Positions 19,816 to 30,869 of a DNA stretch of 64,000 bases are shown piece by piece. The notes under the pieces are model-generated. The model was not told the origin of the DNA. It did no database searches and saw nothing but the letters and a program-made list of their open reading frames with translations. The position numbers and the translations under genes are program-made. Position 1 is the first letter of the stretch; every line of letters starts with the position of its first letter. This DNA comes from a phage. The DNA is taken from the NCBI GenBank assembly GCA_019326865.1, contig GCA_019326865.1_4101.1, one strand, 5' to 3'.

Positions 19816-22800
19816 TTAAGCAGTACGTTGAGCAATAAACATATCTGCTACTGAACTTACACCATCATAAATTACCTGATAGATAGTTACAGAGTTTGCA
19901 GTTTTGTTAAGTGTTCCATCAACTACAGCATATGTACCATCGGTAGTAAAGTTTCTATTACCAGTTGCATCTTGTTTAACATAAATGTATACTGACGATG
20001 CTTTACCACCACCAATTAGACCAGTAATAGGTGCTAGTGTTGTATCTTGATCAAGTGTGATAAAGTATACGTTGCTAGTCCCGTCAGGTGTCCAAGTACC
20101 AGATGGTGCAATAACAGAAGAAGTTACTTGATTTGGGATAACATCATATTTTTTGGTAGTTACTTTTGTCGTAGTGAAGTCTGCGTTGGTTGTAGATAAA
20201 TGTCCTGTTACAGTTACACCTTTGTCAAATACCGCATTTTCTTTGAAAGAAGATGTTGCATTAACAGTTAATGTATCAGAATCAGCATCACCTAACACAA
20301 CACTGCCATTTGCTGTCATTAAACCAGTAACAGTTAGCGTACCACCGATTGTTGCTTCACCAATTACAGATGCACTAGCAAGTGTAGCTGCACTAGATGT
20401 TGTAATAGTGGTAACAGTAGCGTCTTCAAGTGTGATGTTTGATGCTGTTAATTTACCATCAACCGTTAGGCTACCAGTAACATTTGCACCCGCTGACATG
20501 GTTACTGCTCCACCAAATGAACCTGTGGTAGTAACTTCAAGTGTATTACCTTTAAGTAATTTAGTTGCAGTTATATTTTCACCAGCAGTAATACTAGTAC
20601 CAGCAGCAACACCATTGGTTGCAGTTAGGGATTTAACGGATACATCAGAGTTTGATTGGTTAAGTGTAGCGTTTAGAGTGCCTGTTACAGTGAAGTCACC
20701 GTTGTTAACTACGTTACCGTTGATTGTTAAGTTATTATTTTTAGAACCAACATCACCGATGGTTGCAGATTTAGAAATCAATTCTGCACCAGATGTAATG
20801 TTACCTGCGGCACTAATGGTGTTAGCTGCATTAACTGCATAAGGTTCAATAGTTTGTCCACTAACATCGATATCAGCATTAATACCACCATCTACACGCA
20901 AAGAACCAGCAATGTAAGTGTTAGGGAAAATTTGAACAGTTTCTGTGTGTTCACCAACCTGTGTACCAATAATAACATTTGATCCAGTTTTTACTAAACC
21001 TTCAGATGTTATTGCACCCACAGTTGTTGTACCAGTAACGTCTAGTCTGCCACCAACTGTAGCGTTATTAGTTACTTTTAACGCAACATCTTCACCATTG
21101 ATAGTCATTGATGGTACAGATGCGTTTCCAGTAACATCTAGTGTTCCACCAATAGTTGCATTACCATCAGAATGTAAAGTTTTTGTAACAGAAAGACTGT
21201 TTGCAATTACATCCGCACCAGTCAAATCCAATGCACCTGGTGTTAATGTACCAGTAATGTTAACATTATTATCAAAGGTTGCTGCACCAGTAACATCTAG
21301 GGTAGAGCTAAATGTACCAGAAGTTGCAGAGATTGCACCAGATTCAAGTGAACCAACAGTGGTTTTTCCAGTTACACCTAGTGTACCGCCAACTGTTCCA
21401 TTTGTTGTAACTTCTAGTGTTCCAGTACTTAGATCTTTTGCTGTCACTTTGCCAGATGCGTTAATGGTTGTTGTTGTAACACCACCACTTAGAGTGCTTG
21501 CCCCAGTAACACTGAGTGTTTTTGCTGCACTAACGCTGTTTACAGTAAGATCAGCACCTGATAGGTCTAATCCACCTTCAGGAATAAAATTACCCTTAAC
21601 TGTTAGCTGTTGAACAGTACTGTCACCAGTGACATCTAGTGTAGAAGCAGTTAGACCACCATTCAGACTTGTTTCCCCAGTAACATCTAGTGTAGTTGTT
21701 ACAGTTGCACTGTTAAGAGTGGAGATACCGGAAATATTAGCACTTTGTGCAGTGATTGAGCCTTTATCAACTTGTACATCACCAGAAACAACTTTAATAC
21801 CACCAGCACTAACTGTTAGTTTTTCAGCAGTGTTCAAAGTACTTGAAATTGTTGTTGCACCAGTTAAGGTTGTAGTTCCAGCTACACTCATGTTTCCAGA
21901 GATAGATGGATTGCCTGTAATGTCACCAGTAGTGAGAACCAATTCAGTACCTACAGTAGTAGAACCAGTACTTTCTAATGTTACACCGACAATATTTGCA
22001 GATTTAAGGTCAATGGAGCCATCAACAGTCAAGTTGCCATGTACTGTTGCATCACCGAGTGAATTTAATGATTTCACAGAAACATCAGTTTTACTAAGGT
22101 CAATTACACCAGCAGTAAGTGTTCCAGATACTGCCAAATCACCAGTAATTGCTGTATTTTTCGTAATAGATACAGTTTCTGTTCCTGACGTAATTGAGCC
22201 AACAGTAAGTACACCACCAATGGTTGCATTGTTAGTTACAGTTAACGCTGTTTCTTCACCAGATAGTGTTAAAGAAATACCATTCATTTCACCAGTAATA
22301 TTTGCAGATGCCGCAGATATATCGCCAGCAACTACCGCATTTGTTGCGTTTAGAGTTGTTGTAGCAATTTCAGTACTTTTCACTTTAGGAAGTGCGTTGA
22401 TACCATCTTTACTATTAACTGTAATAATACCAGAACTTGTTAGAGATTTAACAGAAACATCTGCACCACTTAAGTTTACTGTTCCAGAAACAACTAGATC
22501 GCCACCAATATTAGCACCTTCTGTTGTAGTGATTGATTTTGCATTAACTTCAGTTTGGCTCAAATCAATTGTACCAGGTGATACAGTTCCAGAAACAGTA
22601 AGATTACCAGTAATGGTGGTATCATTAGAAATAGATACACCATCATCATTGCTAATTGTTGGGGTTTCAATAGTAACAGCTTTAACTTTACCTGAAGAAG
22701 TCATATCAGCAACAGTTGATGTACCAGTAACCTTTAGATTAGTAATATTTGCAGTAGTTGAACCAAGTGTAGTAATCGTACCATCAGTACTTTCTAGTTT

Positions 22801-25317
22801 AGGAAGAACACTGGCAATAGAAGATTCATTACTAACAATTGCACCAGTACTGGTTAGCGATTTTGCAGTTACATCAGCATTAGTAAGATCAACAGTTCCA
22901 TTAACGGTTAGATCTCCCCCGACTGTTGCACCAGCAGTAGTAGTAATTGAATTAGCATTAACATCTGCTTTAGTTAGATCGATTGAACCTGGAGTGATAG
23001 AGCCACTTACTGTTAGATCGCCAGTTACTTTTGTATTATTAGCAATTGTAATTCCATTTTCATTGGAAATATTAGGAGTCACCAATGAAGGTGTAGTAGT
23101 TTCGCCAGATACAGTTAATGTTGTACCAACTAATACACTTGAGCTTGTGTAAACACTTGATAGATTAGATGGTCCAGTTACGTGAAGTTCATCTGCATTA
23201 GCAGTTGTTACAGTTGCAGTTGTACTTTTAAGTACTGGTAGTACGTTTTCGGACACACTATCATTACTTTTAATAACACCAGAAGTAGTAAGTGATTTAA
23301 CATTAAGTTCGGCTTCTGATAAATCAAAAGAACCTTTAACTACTAGGTCACCACCAACTGTTGCACCAGCAGTAGTAGTAATTGAATTAGCATTAAGGTC
23401 GGCAGCACTTAAATCTAGTGAACCAACAGTTAAGCTACCAGTGATATCAACATTTTCTGTAAAGTTTGTATTACCACTAATAGTTGGGGCAGTTAAACTC
23501 GTTGCAGTGATATTAGTACCTTTGATTGTTTCACCACTTAATGTACCACTAGCAGTGATAGTTGGTGCGGTAACTTCGGTAGATGCACTAATTGTTGGTG
23601 CGGAAACCGAAGTTGTACCAGTAATAACACCAGAACTTACTGAACCAGCGGATAATGCACCAGAAAGAGTTGCAGTTGTTCCAGTAATATCACCAGTAAC
23701 AGTTAGTGCTCCACCAACAGTAGTATCACCTGTACTTTCCAAAGTTGCACCTTTGACATGTTCGGCTGCCACAACTGATTTTGGTGTTAAATCTTGTCCA
23801 CTAACGTCAACGGTTAAACCAGTTACTTTACCAGTGAAATCAACATCATTAAGAATTGCCTTACCACCAACTTGTAGGAATGGTGTACTTGGGTCTTGTG
23901 TTTCGTTACCTGTAATTGTTAGATAATCTAATTTGTTTAGACCATTACCAGTAATACCATATGTTGATAGTGATGCATTGCCAAATGTTGCAGTTTTAAG
24001 AACTTTCAATGTAGCTGGAGAAACCAACTCAGATTGAACTTCATTCGGTAAAATAACAGTTGGTCGTTGTTCTGGTGTAGTATATGCAAAACCGAGTTTA
24101 ACCGCTGGGTCTTGACTATTTTTACCTAAACTGATAGATTTGAAAGTTGCAGTACCGTTTAAACCAGTAATATTAGAACCTAGTGTAACACCACCCACCA
24201 ATGAAGTAGTTCCTGATACATTCAATGTGGTTGCATTAATATCATCCAACTGGAATTCGCCACCAAGAAGACCAGAAACATTAATGTTATTAAAATTAGC
24301 TGTGCCAGTACTTTCAATATTTGGGATAGTTGCAGTACCAGTAACTTCAAAATCAGCAACTTTAGTTTTACCTTTTTTTACTTCTAGAAGTGGTGTGTCT
24401 GGTGATTGAGTATCGTTACCAGAAACAGTTAGATAATCTAATTTGTTTAGACCATTACCAGTAATGCCATAGGTTGGCAATGATGCATTACCAAATGTTG
24501 CAGATGTCAAAACAGTCAATTTTGCTGGTGACATTAGTTCAGATTGAATTTCGTTTTGTAGAATTACAGTAGGACGCTTATCAGGAGCACTATAAGGGAA
24601 ACTTAGTCTAAAGGTTTGTGATTCAGAGTTAGATCCAATACGTATGTCTTTAAATGTAGCAGTGCTATTAATACCAGTTACATTAGCACCAAAAGTTACA
24701 GAACCTTTTTGGTTAGATGCACCAGTAACGTTCAATGTTTCAGCATTCAAATCAGAAAGATTAAACTCACCGCCCAGTGTACCATTAATGTTTACATCGT
24801 TGAATTCAGCAGTACCAGTACTAGTAATATCAGTTGCAGACACAGTTGTGATTTCTGCGGAATTAGCAGTAATTTTATCAAAAGCAGCAGTTGTGCCAAC
24901 ATCAGCAGTTAAGTTACCTTTAAGTGTTGTTACTCCATCAACTTCTAAGCTTTTTACTTTAGTTTCTTGTAGTGCTGTTGAACCCGCAGTTTGTGTCAAA
25001 TTACCACCAACTGACATAGTACCGTTGAATGTAGCATTTGCATTGATTGTTGCTGTATCAGAATCACCATCTGCACTACCGATAGTAGTGTTACCTTTAA
25101 CATCAAGACCACCACTTAATGTTGCTTTTCCAGCAACATCTAATGTGGATGTAATATTGGCAGTTTCGGTTTCAATGGCAGTAAAAGTTGCATTTGTGAA
25201 AGATATACTCCCATTTACAGTTAGGTTATTCTTGAATACAGCATTCCCTTTGACTAAAAGATCCTTACCAACCGTACCAGTACCAGTAATATCCAAGTCA
25301 GTTTTTATTGAGTACAT
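19816..25317 (-). CDS. giant fibrous tail fibre/adhesin protein (1833 aa, T/S/G/N-rich, internally duplicated)
   Basis: Low-complexity beta-rich composition; ~170-aa segment duplicated near N-terminus. Confidence 0.65.
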   Translation of the reverse strand: MYSIKTDLDITGTGTVGKDLLVKGNAVFKNNLTVNGSISFTNATFTAIETETANITSTLDVAGKATLSGGLDVKGNTTIGSADGDSDTATINANATFNGTMSVGGNLTQTAGSTALQETKVKSLEVDGVTTLKGNLTADVGTTAAFDKITANSAEITTVSATDITSTGTAEFNDVNINGTLGGEFNLSDLNAETLNVTGASNQKGSVTFGANVTGINSTATFKDIRIGSNSESQTFRLSFPYSAPDKRPTVILQNEIQSELMSPAKLTVLTSATFGNASLPTYGITGNGLNKLDYLTVSGNDTQSPDTPLLEVKKGKTKVADFEVTGTATIPNIESTGTANFNNINVSGLLGGEFQLDDINATTLNVSGTTSLVGGVTLGSNITGLNGTATFKSISLGKNSQDPAVKLGFAYTTPEQRPTVILPNEVQSELVSPATLKVLKTATFGNASLSTYGITGNGLNKLDYLTITGNETQDPSTPFLQVGGKAILNDVDFTGKVTGLTVDVSGQDLTPKSVVAAEHVKGATLESTGDTTVGGALTVTGDITGTTATLSGALSAGSVSSGVITGTTSVSAPTISASTEVTAPTITASGTLSGETIKGTNITATSLTAPTISGNTNFTENVDITGSLTVGSLDLSAADLNANSITTTAGATVGGDLVVKGSFDLSEAELNVKSLTTSGVIKSNDSVSENVLPVLKSTTATVTTANADELHVTGPSNLSSVYTSSSVLVGTTLTVSGETTTPSLVTPNISNENGITIANNTKVTGDLTVSGSITPGSIDLTKADVNANSITTTAGATVGGDLTVNGTVDLTNADVTAKSLTSTGAIVSNESSIASVLPKLESTDGTITTLGSTTANITNLKVTGTSTVADMTSSGKVKAVTIETPTISNDDGVSISNDTTITGNLTVSGTVSPGTIDLSQTEVNAKSITTTEGANIGGDLVVSGTVNLSGADVSVKSLTSSGIITVNSKDGINALPKVKSTEIATTTLNATNAVVAGDISAASANITGEMNGISLTLSGEETALTVTNNATIGGVLTVGSITSGTETVSITKNTAITGDLAVSGTLTAGVIDLSKTDVSVKSLNSLGDATVHGNLTVDGSIDLKSANIVGVTLESTGSTTVGTELVLTTGDITGNPSISGNMSVAGTTTLTGATTISSTLNTAEKLTVSAGGIKVVSGDVQVDKGSITAQSANISGISTLNSATVTTTLDVTGETSLNGGLTASTLDVTGDSTVQQLTVKGNFIPEGGLDLSGADLTVNSVSAAKTLSVTGASTLSGGVTTTTINASGKVTAKDLSTGTLEVTTNGTVGGTLGVTGKTTVGSLESGAISATSGTFSSTLDVTGAATFDNNVNITGTLTPGALDLTGADVIANSLSVTKTLHSDGNATIGGTLDVTGNASVPSMTINGEDVALKVTNNATVGGRLDVTGTTTVGAITSEGLVKTGSNVIIGTQVGEHTETVQIFPNTYIAGSLRVDGGINADIDVSGQTIEPYAVNAANTISAAGNITSGAELISKSATIGDVGSKNNNLTINGNVVNNGDFTVTGTLNATLNQSNSDVSVKSLTATNGVAAGTSITAGENITATKLLKGNTLEVTTTGSFGGAVTMSAGANVTGSLTVDGKLTASNITLEDATVTTITTSSAATLASASVIGEATIGGTLTVTGLMTANGSVVLGDADSDTLTVNATSSFKENAVFDKGVTVTGHLSTTNADFTTTKVTTKKYDVIPNQVTSSVIAPSGTWTPDGTSNVYFITLDQDTTLAPITGLIGGGKASSVYIYVKQDATGNRNFTTDGTYAVVDGTLNKTANSVTIYQVIYDGVSSVADMFIAQRTA
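23890..24910 (-). repeat. tandem duplication (~510 bp x2) within giant fibre gene
   Basis: e.g. agataatctaatttgtttagaccattaccagtaat at ~23921 and ~24431; approximate boundaries. Confidence 0.6.
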
Positions 25318-25389
25318 TTATACCCTCCATTATAACCTTGTTAATATGTATATATTTAGTTTTATTCGTTTGTTAACTAATAATTTGTC

Positions 25390-25431
25390 AAAATAAAAAA
25401 CTGGGCTTATTTAGAATAAGCCCAGTTTCAT
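25390..25431 (-). terminator. intrinsic terminator (ctgggcttat / ataagcccag hairpin, A/T runs)
   Basis: 10-bp stem; on minus strand followed by T-run; downstream of 25435..26334 stop. Confidence 0.6.
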
Positions 25432-25434
25432 TTT

Positions 25435-26334
25435 TCACTTACCAGAGATAACAATCTTCCCGCTGAATGTAACATCAGAAGTAAAGATCACATCACCAGC
25501 ATTGCTAATTTGTGTACCTGTTATCACCAATTCAAATGGTGATGACGAAACACTACCAGGTATCTTATTTGCATAAATCGAAACATACAAATTTTCTGGT
25601 GATTGTTTATGTTCAGATGCTGGAATTGTGATGGTGAACTCATCTTTATTAGAAATCCAATCAGCTTGGTTTACCAATTTACTATAAGGTGCTGTCATTG
25701 TTGTTGCTCCTATAATGTTTACTATAACATTTTCATAATCCGTAATTTTTCCAATTACATCGATTGTAATATCACCAGTACCGCTTACTACTACAGAGGT
25801 TTGAAATACGGAATCCAATGTTATACTACCAGGAGGATCACCCTGTAGTTGTACCATGATATCAGGCCCACGCCCATGTACAGATGCTGGAAGGGTGTAT
25901 GTGTAATGGTCGGTAGTATCTGAAACTAATGTAAATGAAGATACTGGTATAGTTTCAGTTGTTACATATGGACTATCAGTTTCATGTGAACTACCTTTGA
26001 ATGATTTCCAAATACCAAGATCTTTAATATAAATTTGAAGAACATTAGTTTCATCAACTAAAAAATACACATCACCATCTAACCCAATAGTTTCATCCGG
26101 TGCACTGGTTCCACGCAAAATACCAGAACTCCCACCACCACTATATGCGTTTAGATATCCTAACGTAACCAGGTGTGTGTTAGCGGTCGGTTCACCTGCT
26201 GAAATTGGAAGAAGTTTTGTTCCTGAGTAGTTTTGTATTTGCACAACACTACCATTTGTGGTAATCTGTGCACCATTCTTCCCAAGAATGAAGGACTTCT
26301 TCATGGTTCCTTCTAAATTAGAAAAAACTGCCAT
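25435..26334 (-). CDS. tail fibre/tailspike protein with shared N-terminal anchor domain
   Basis: N-terminus MAVFSNLEGTMK...ILGKNGA homologous to next gene; divergent C-terminus. Confidence 0.6.
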   Translation of the reverse strand: MAVFSNLEGTMKKSFILGKNGAQITTNGSVVQIQNYSGTKLLPISAGEPTANTHLVTLGYLNAYSGGGSSGILRGTSAPDETIGLDGDVYFLVDETNVLQIYIKDLGIWKSFKGSSHETDSPYVTTETIPVSSFTLVSDTTDHYTYTLPASVHGRGPDIMVQLQGDPPGSITLDSVFQTSVVVSGTGDITIDVIGKITDYENVIVNIIGATTMTAPYSKLVNQADWISNKDEFTITIPASEHKQSPENLYVSIYANKIPGSVSSSPFELVITGTQISNAGDVIFTSDVTFSGKIVISGK

Positions 26335-26350
26335 TTTAATTTAATCTCCT

Positions 26351-28492
26351 TTATGGTAGGGTTATGTACGTTACTGGTTGGGCGGCTTTTAATGATGCAC
26401 CAGCGGCAGTTGCTGTTATGATGGGATCTGCAATATCAATTCTATATACGTTATTAACAACATATACTGCACGAGTTATATACGTTTTCAAATCATCACC
26501 ATTTTCTCCAGCACCAGATATGATGATCTCAGTTCCCGCCGCTTTTGCATATTGGTTATCACCCCATGACACACCCAATGCTTCTATGTACGTTTGTCCT
26601 ACTACCGTTTGTCTAATTGTGTCATATTTTCCAAAAAATGAACCACCCACTGTTACAATATATTTTCCACCTGATTTTTTATGTATAATCGTTCCTTCTG
26701 GGAAGTATCTTCCACCAGGGAAAGTATCATATGGAATATAATATTGTTCAACTACAGGTATTAGTACTGGGCCACGATGACCAGTACCGTCAATAGCAGT
26801 TGTTACTTTAAAATTATTAGATGATTGGTCGATTCTATCTACATACATTTTAGAAAAACTATATTTTGAAACATTACAATCATCTTGAACAACACAGTTA
26901 GTCCAATTAGTATAAGTATATTTAGAGCGAGTATACATTCCCCCACCCTCACCTTCAGTGGAAAGGTGTTGTCCTATTACATCTAATTCTTTTGTTCTGA
27001 TATCACTAAACTTAGATGAAGATGGTAGACCACGCCAAAGAATTTTAGAACAAGTGATATTACTTAATTCTGTACTATTCAGCCAATTATCAGAACCAGA
27101 AGTATAAACGAATACGGAAGACTCTGGTATATAGAGATTGGAAATTTTAAAGTTTCTAGGTGGTCCAGCAAATCGACCAGCAGTTACCCCCCAGTTAATA
27201 GATACCATACGGTTTGTGATTGTAGGATCATTAAGTAAATGTCCGGTTAAACCATCAATTACAAACTCTTTTGAGCCATAAGTTATCACACCAGCAGTTG
27301 TTAATCCTGTACCAACAGAAATTAAAGATGATGGGTACACCTCATTGTCAAGTATTTTGAAATCCATCCCCAATTCGACATGGATGCATTGTCTAACATT
27401 ATAAAGTCTATTATTCTTAATAACAAAGTTTCTAACATATTGAGTATCAGGGGCATCCAAATCATAAGGACCAGAACCAGCTACACCGATACCAATACCC
27501 CAGTTTGAAAGCGGGATTGGTGCATCAGAGCCATCAACATTTTCAATTATATTACCTTCGATCACAAAACCATCAGGATAATGTGAGTTAATAACGTTCA
27601 ATTCAATTGCATCCCCGTAGATATCATGAATGTGGTTATATGAATAACGACCAACTTTCATTTTCTCACCAGTACCCTGTTGGAGAACGCCATATTTGCA
27701 TTTAGTCATTTCATTAAAGCAAAAATCAATTGTACCTGGTTGAGTCATACCTTGCATCAAAAACGCAGCAGTACTGGTAATGTTTATAAATTTATTAAAA
27801 TAAAATTTACCATCCCCACCAAAGAATTTCAAATAACATCCAGTAAGTGTGGTGAATTGAATTTGTGAATTAATAACGGATATCATAGTACCACCATTAC
27901 CAGTAATAGTGCCACCAAACCAAGTTACATCTTCCAAATATACTGCTTTTTTGATACGATAATTACCACCTGCTTGAATTTGTATTTTATTTTCTTTGGC
28001 ATAAGTTGCACACAAATTTACAGCTTCAGTGTCATCGGTTTCCCCATCTCCTTTCGCACCAAATTCTTCTGGTGTTATATAGAACTGTGCTTGTTGAACT
28101 GTGCCACCAGTAATAAGGCCAATGAAATCACCACCATTTTTACTTGATAGTACTTTTTTATTAATGTATAGTGATTTAATCCATGTGCCATTTGTTTTTA
28201 CGAAAATATCAACAATACCATCTTCATCAATTTGAAAATAAGTGTTATTGTTTTTTCCAATATCGCCAGACGGTGGTTGAACGCCAAATAAGGCATTTGG
28301 ATTATCTTCAAGGTATCTAACATTAACTGCTGAATCTTGGTCTGATGGTGTTCCTATCTTTAGTGGTAGGAACTTTTCACCGAGATAATCTTTTATCGAT
28401 ACGGAATCATTGACGAAATTTATCGAAGCACCATTTTTACCCAATATCATTTTTGGTTTCATGGTTCCTTCAAAATTAGAAAATACTGCCAT
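26351..28492 (-). CDS. tailspike protein with pectate-lyase-like beta-helix (putative depolymerase)
   Basis: Motif EEFGAKGDGETDDTEAVN typical of pectate_lyase_3-type tailspike domains; shared N-terminal anchor with 25435..26334. Confidence 0.7.
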   Translation of the reverse strand: MAVFSNFEGTMKPKMILGKNGASINFVNDSVSIKDYLGEKFLPLKIGTPSDQDSAVNVRYLEDNPNALFGVQPPSGDIGKNNNTYFQIDEDGIVDIFVKTNGTWIKSLYINKKVLSSKNGGDFIGLITGGTVQQAQFYITPEEFGAKGDGETDDTEAVNLCATYAKENKIQIQAGGNYRIKKAVYLEDVTWFGGTITGNGGTMISVINSQIQFTTLTGCYLKFFGGDGKFYFNKFINITSTAAFLMQGMTQPGTIDFCFNEMTKCKYGVLQQGTGEKMKVGRYSYNHIHDIYGDAIELNVINSHYPDGFVIEGNIIENVDGSDAPIPLSNWGIGIGVAGSGPYDLDAPDTQYVRNFVIKNNRLYNVRQCIHVELGMDFKILDNEVYPSSLISVGTGLTTAGVITYGSKEFVIDGLTGHLLNDPTITNRMVSINWGVTAGRFAGPPRNFKISNLYIPESSVFVYTSGSDNWLNSTELSNITCSKILWRGLPSSSKFSDIRTKELDVIGQHLSTEGEGGGMYTRSKYTYTNWTNCVVQDDCNVSKYSFSKMYVDRIDQSSNNFKVTTAIDGTGHRGPVLIPVVEQYYIPYDTFPGGRYFPEGTIIHKKSGGKYIVTVGGSFFGKYDTIRQTVVGQTYIEALGVSWGDNQYAKAAGTEIIISGAGENGDDLKTYITRAVYVVNNVYRIDIADPIITATAAGASLKAAQPVTYITLP

Positions 28493-28504
28493 TGTGACAC
28501 CCCC

Positions 28505-29632
28505 TTAAATATTATCTTGAATAGGTTGGACCGGAGCTTGCCACGAAAGAGTACAAATAATTTCCATTTTACCATAAGGACTGTTATTTACTGAATCATT
28601 GAATACACATGAAATAATTTCATCTACATCTGAAACTTCATGATTTGTTTCATTAACGATAAAACGCATCTGGTGATTAATATCAAAGTAGGATGTTGGT
28701 GCAATGACTGTACCACCAATATTTTCGTTGGCTTCACCACCAAAACGAACAAACATATCGGTCACAGGAAGGGAGTAAGGTTGAAGAATATTTACATCAA
28801 TATTTGAAACCACATAACCCGCCGGACAAGTTCCTATAACTAATAGTGCGTTTGTCCATGAACGGTCAATAATATTTCTTATAGAAATTGTATCTTTACC
28901 TGGTGCACCCGGTTCACCTTGCTTACCTTGAATACCTTGTGGACCTTCTTTACCACGGAATAAAATACCACTACTCCATTCTTTTGATGGTGGGGTGGTA
29001 GTTGTTACTTCATCCACATAATAAAGCTTACCATCAGTGTTGTTATAGAAACAATAATCAATTGGGAGGTTTTCAATACTTGGAAATTGATCACCACTAC
29101 CATCAATATGAAAACGACCACGTGGACCTTGCTCACCACGGAAAGGAATACCATCACTCCATGTAGCTGTTACTTTTTGATAAAAATATAGTTTACCATC
29201 TTGTGTATTGTAAAATGTATAGTTATCAAAAAGACCAGAACTTGGAAAAGTAGTCCCTGCACTATCGATATGAAAAGGCTTACCAGCTTCACCAGTATCA
29301 CCTTTACCAAATTCTACACTAATCCATGTACTGGTTTGTTCTTGTGCATCATTTGATTTAAAATACAAAGTACTTGTGTTATTTGCCAAACTAAGGTAGC
29401 ACCAACCAAGTTGTTCACCAACTTTAAATTTGTCAGATGGTACTTCAAAACCAATCTCATTTGGATAAAAGTTCTTACCATTCTCACCATTCTGTCCGAC
29501 CACAAGACCCAAATCTTGAATTGTATTATCTGTATAGGTTACAATTAAATGACCAGCAGCATTAATAACTAGACTTTTGATGCCGGAGTTATTACATGAA
29601 CCACTGGACCCATTGTTAAATGTAATTGTCAT
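28505..29632 (-). CDS. tail fibre protein with collagen-like Gly-X-Y repeats
   Basis: GKEGPQGIQGKQGEPGAPGKD and GEQGPRGRF; duplicated DGKLY(F/Y)...FRG motif. Confidence 0.65.
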   Translation of the reverse strand: MTITFNNGSSGSCNNSGIKSLVINAAGHLIVTYTDNTIQDLGLVVGQNGENGKNFYPNEIGFEVPSDKFKVGEQLGWCYLSLANNTSTLYFKSNDAQEQTSTWISVEFGKGDTGEAGKPFHIDSAGTTFPSSGLFDNYTFYNTQDGKLYFYQKVTATWSDGIPFRGEQGPRGRFHIDGSGDQFPSIENLPIDYCFYNNTDGKLYYVDEVTTTTPPSKEWSSGILFRGKEGPQGIQGKQGEPGAPGKDTISIRNIIDRSWTNALLVIGTCPAGYVVSNIDVNILQPYSLPVTDMFVRFGGEANENIGGTVIAPTSYFDINHQMRFIVNETNHEVSDVDEIISCVFNDSVNNSPYGKMEIICTLSWQAPVQPIQDNI

Positions 29633-29741
29633 ATTATTTCCCTTTTATGAGTTAATGTCATATACCAATATTTATCAGTACAAAATACATTTCGCCGCCA
29701 TTAATAAATAAATGAAAGTTCACTACTAAAAGGGCTTAACA

Positions 29742-30239
29742 ATGGCATTAAGATCAAAAAACTTTCTTTTTAAAAGAAAAACAAAAGATGGTTCATGGCA
29801 AGATTTTCCTGAATCCGATAGTTGGTATCCAGCTAATCTGGATTATCTTTGGAATGAACAAACATTACCACTGGCAAGTGGTGGCTACTATGGTAGCACT
29901 ACTGGGTTGCATACCATTTCATTTACACTACGTAATTTTATTGGTAGAATTTATGTATTAGCAACATTAGCTAGTAATCCAACAGACGATGATTGGTTCC
30001 CAATTAAATTCACTGAAAGTTGTAAATATTATCTTGAATTTACTGATATGGTTATTTTAAATCCAAACGGTGGTGATTTAATTAGACAACAAGGAACTAC
30101 TGGAACATTTGCTGAAACAGTAATAGGCAACTTTACATATATTAAAGTTGGTATTGATCGTGATTATATTAGTAAGTACCCGTCTGATGTACAAAAAAGT
30201 TTAGCGGGTAAGTTAGAACAAATTTTAATTAACTACTAA
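29742..30239 (+). CDS. hypothetical protein
   Basis: ORF. Confidence 0.45.
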   Translation: MALRSKNFLFKRKTKDGSWQDFPESDSWYPANLDYLWNEQTLPLASGGYYGSTTGLHTISFTLRNFIGRIYVLATLASNPTDDDWFPIKFTESCKYYLEFTDMVILNPNGGDLIRQQGTTGTFAETVIGNFTYIKVGIDRDYISKYPSDVQKSLAGKLEQILINY

Positions 30240-30248
30240 GGATTAGAA

Positions 30249-30857
30249 ATGAAATTAGAAGCAGAACAACCAAAACTATTTGTTAAAGGTCATGTCCTAA
30301 TTACCGACGTTACTGATCCATCAAATCAAAAGGTCGTTTTAGATAAATCTAACGCTATTCACCCAGAAAATATGAGTACTGCGATTGCTAATTCTTTAGC
30401 ATATAATCAAGATAGTACCAGTATTCCTATTGGTTCAATTAGCGAGATGCGTTTTGGTAATGGTGGTACTGTAGTGTTAAGTACTGGGCGTGTCACTTAC
30501 AAAAAACCACGTGTAACTTCATTTGGTGGTTTGTATTCACAAACATATTTAAAAAAAATTAACCCTAGAATCACTGCTGGTATTGATTCACAATATAATA
30601 ATATAACAACGGTACATATCCCAGGACAATCATATACTGACATTGTGTGCATTTGTACTCTTGGTTTAGGTGAACCATCAGATCAAGGCGTAAGTTCAGG
30701 TACAAGTATGGATGGTACTTATGTGTTTGATGAATTGGGTCTATATACTGATGGTGATAGCGGTATTCCGTTAACACATATCATTTTTCACCCAGTTGAG
30801 AAAAGTGCAAACCGTGTGTTGCAAATTAAATACACAGTTCGTGTACAACTACAATAA
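30249..30857 (+). CDS. hypothetical protein
   Basis: ORF. Confidence 0.45.
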   Translation: MKLEAEQPKLFVKGHVLITDVTDPSNQKVVLDKSNAIHPENMSTAIANSLAYNQDSTSIPIGSISEMRFGNGGTVVLSTGRVTYKKPRVTSFGGLYSQTYLKKINPRITAGIDSQYNNITTVHIPGQSYTDIVCICTLGLGEPSDQGVSSGTSMDGTYVFDELGLYTDGDSGIPLTHIIFHPVEKSANRVLQIKYTVRVQLQ

Positions 30858-30869
30858 TGGGGTCAAATA

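Noticed and set aside
20153-25396. Plus-strand ORFs of 89-507 aa (20153..20842, 20945..21613, 21629..23152, 23441..23926, 24140..24409, 24644..25396) opposite the 1833-aa fibre gene
   Set aside because: Antisense shadow ORFs produced by the low-complexity, codon-biased fibre sequence; V/P/T/S-rich translations without starts or RBS context; the 5.5-kb minus-strand ORF explains the region.
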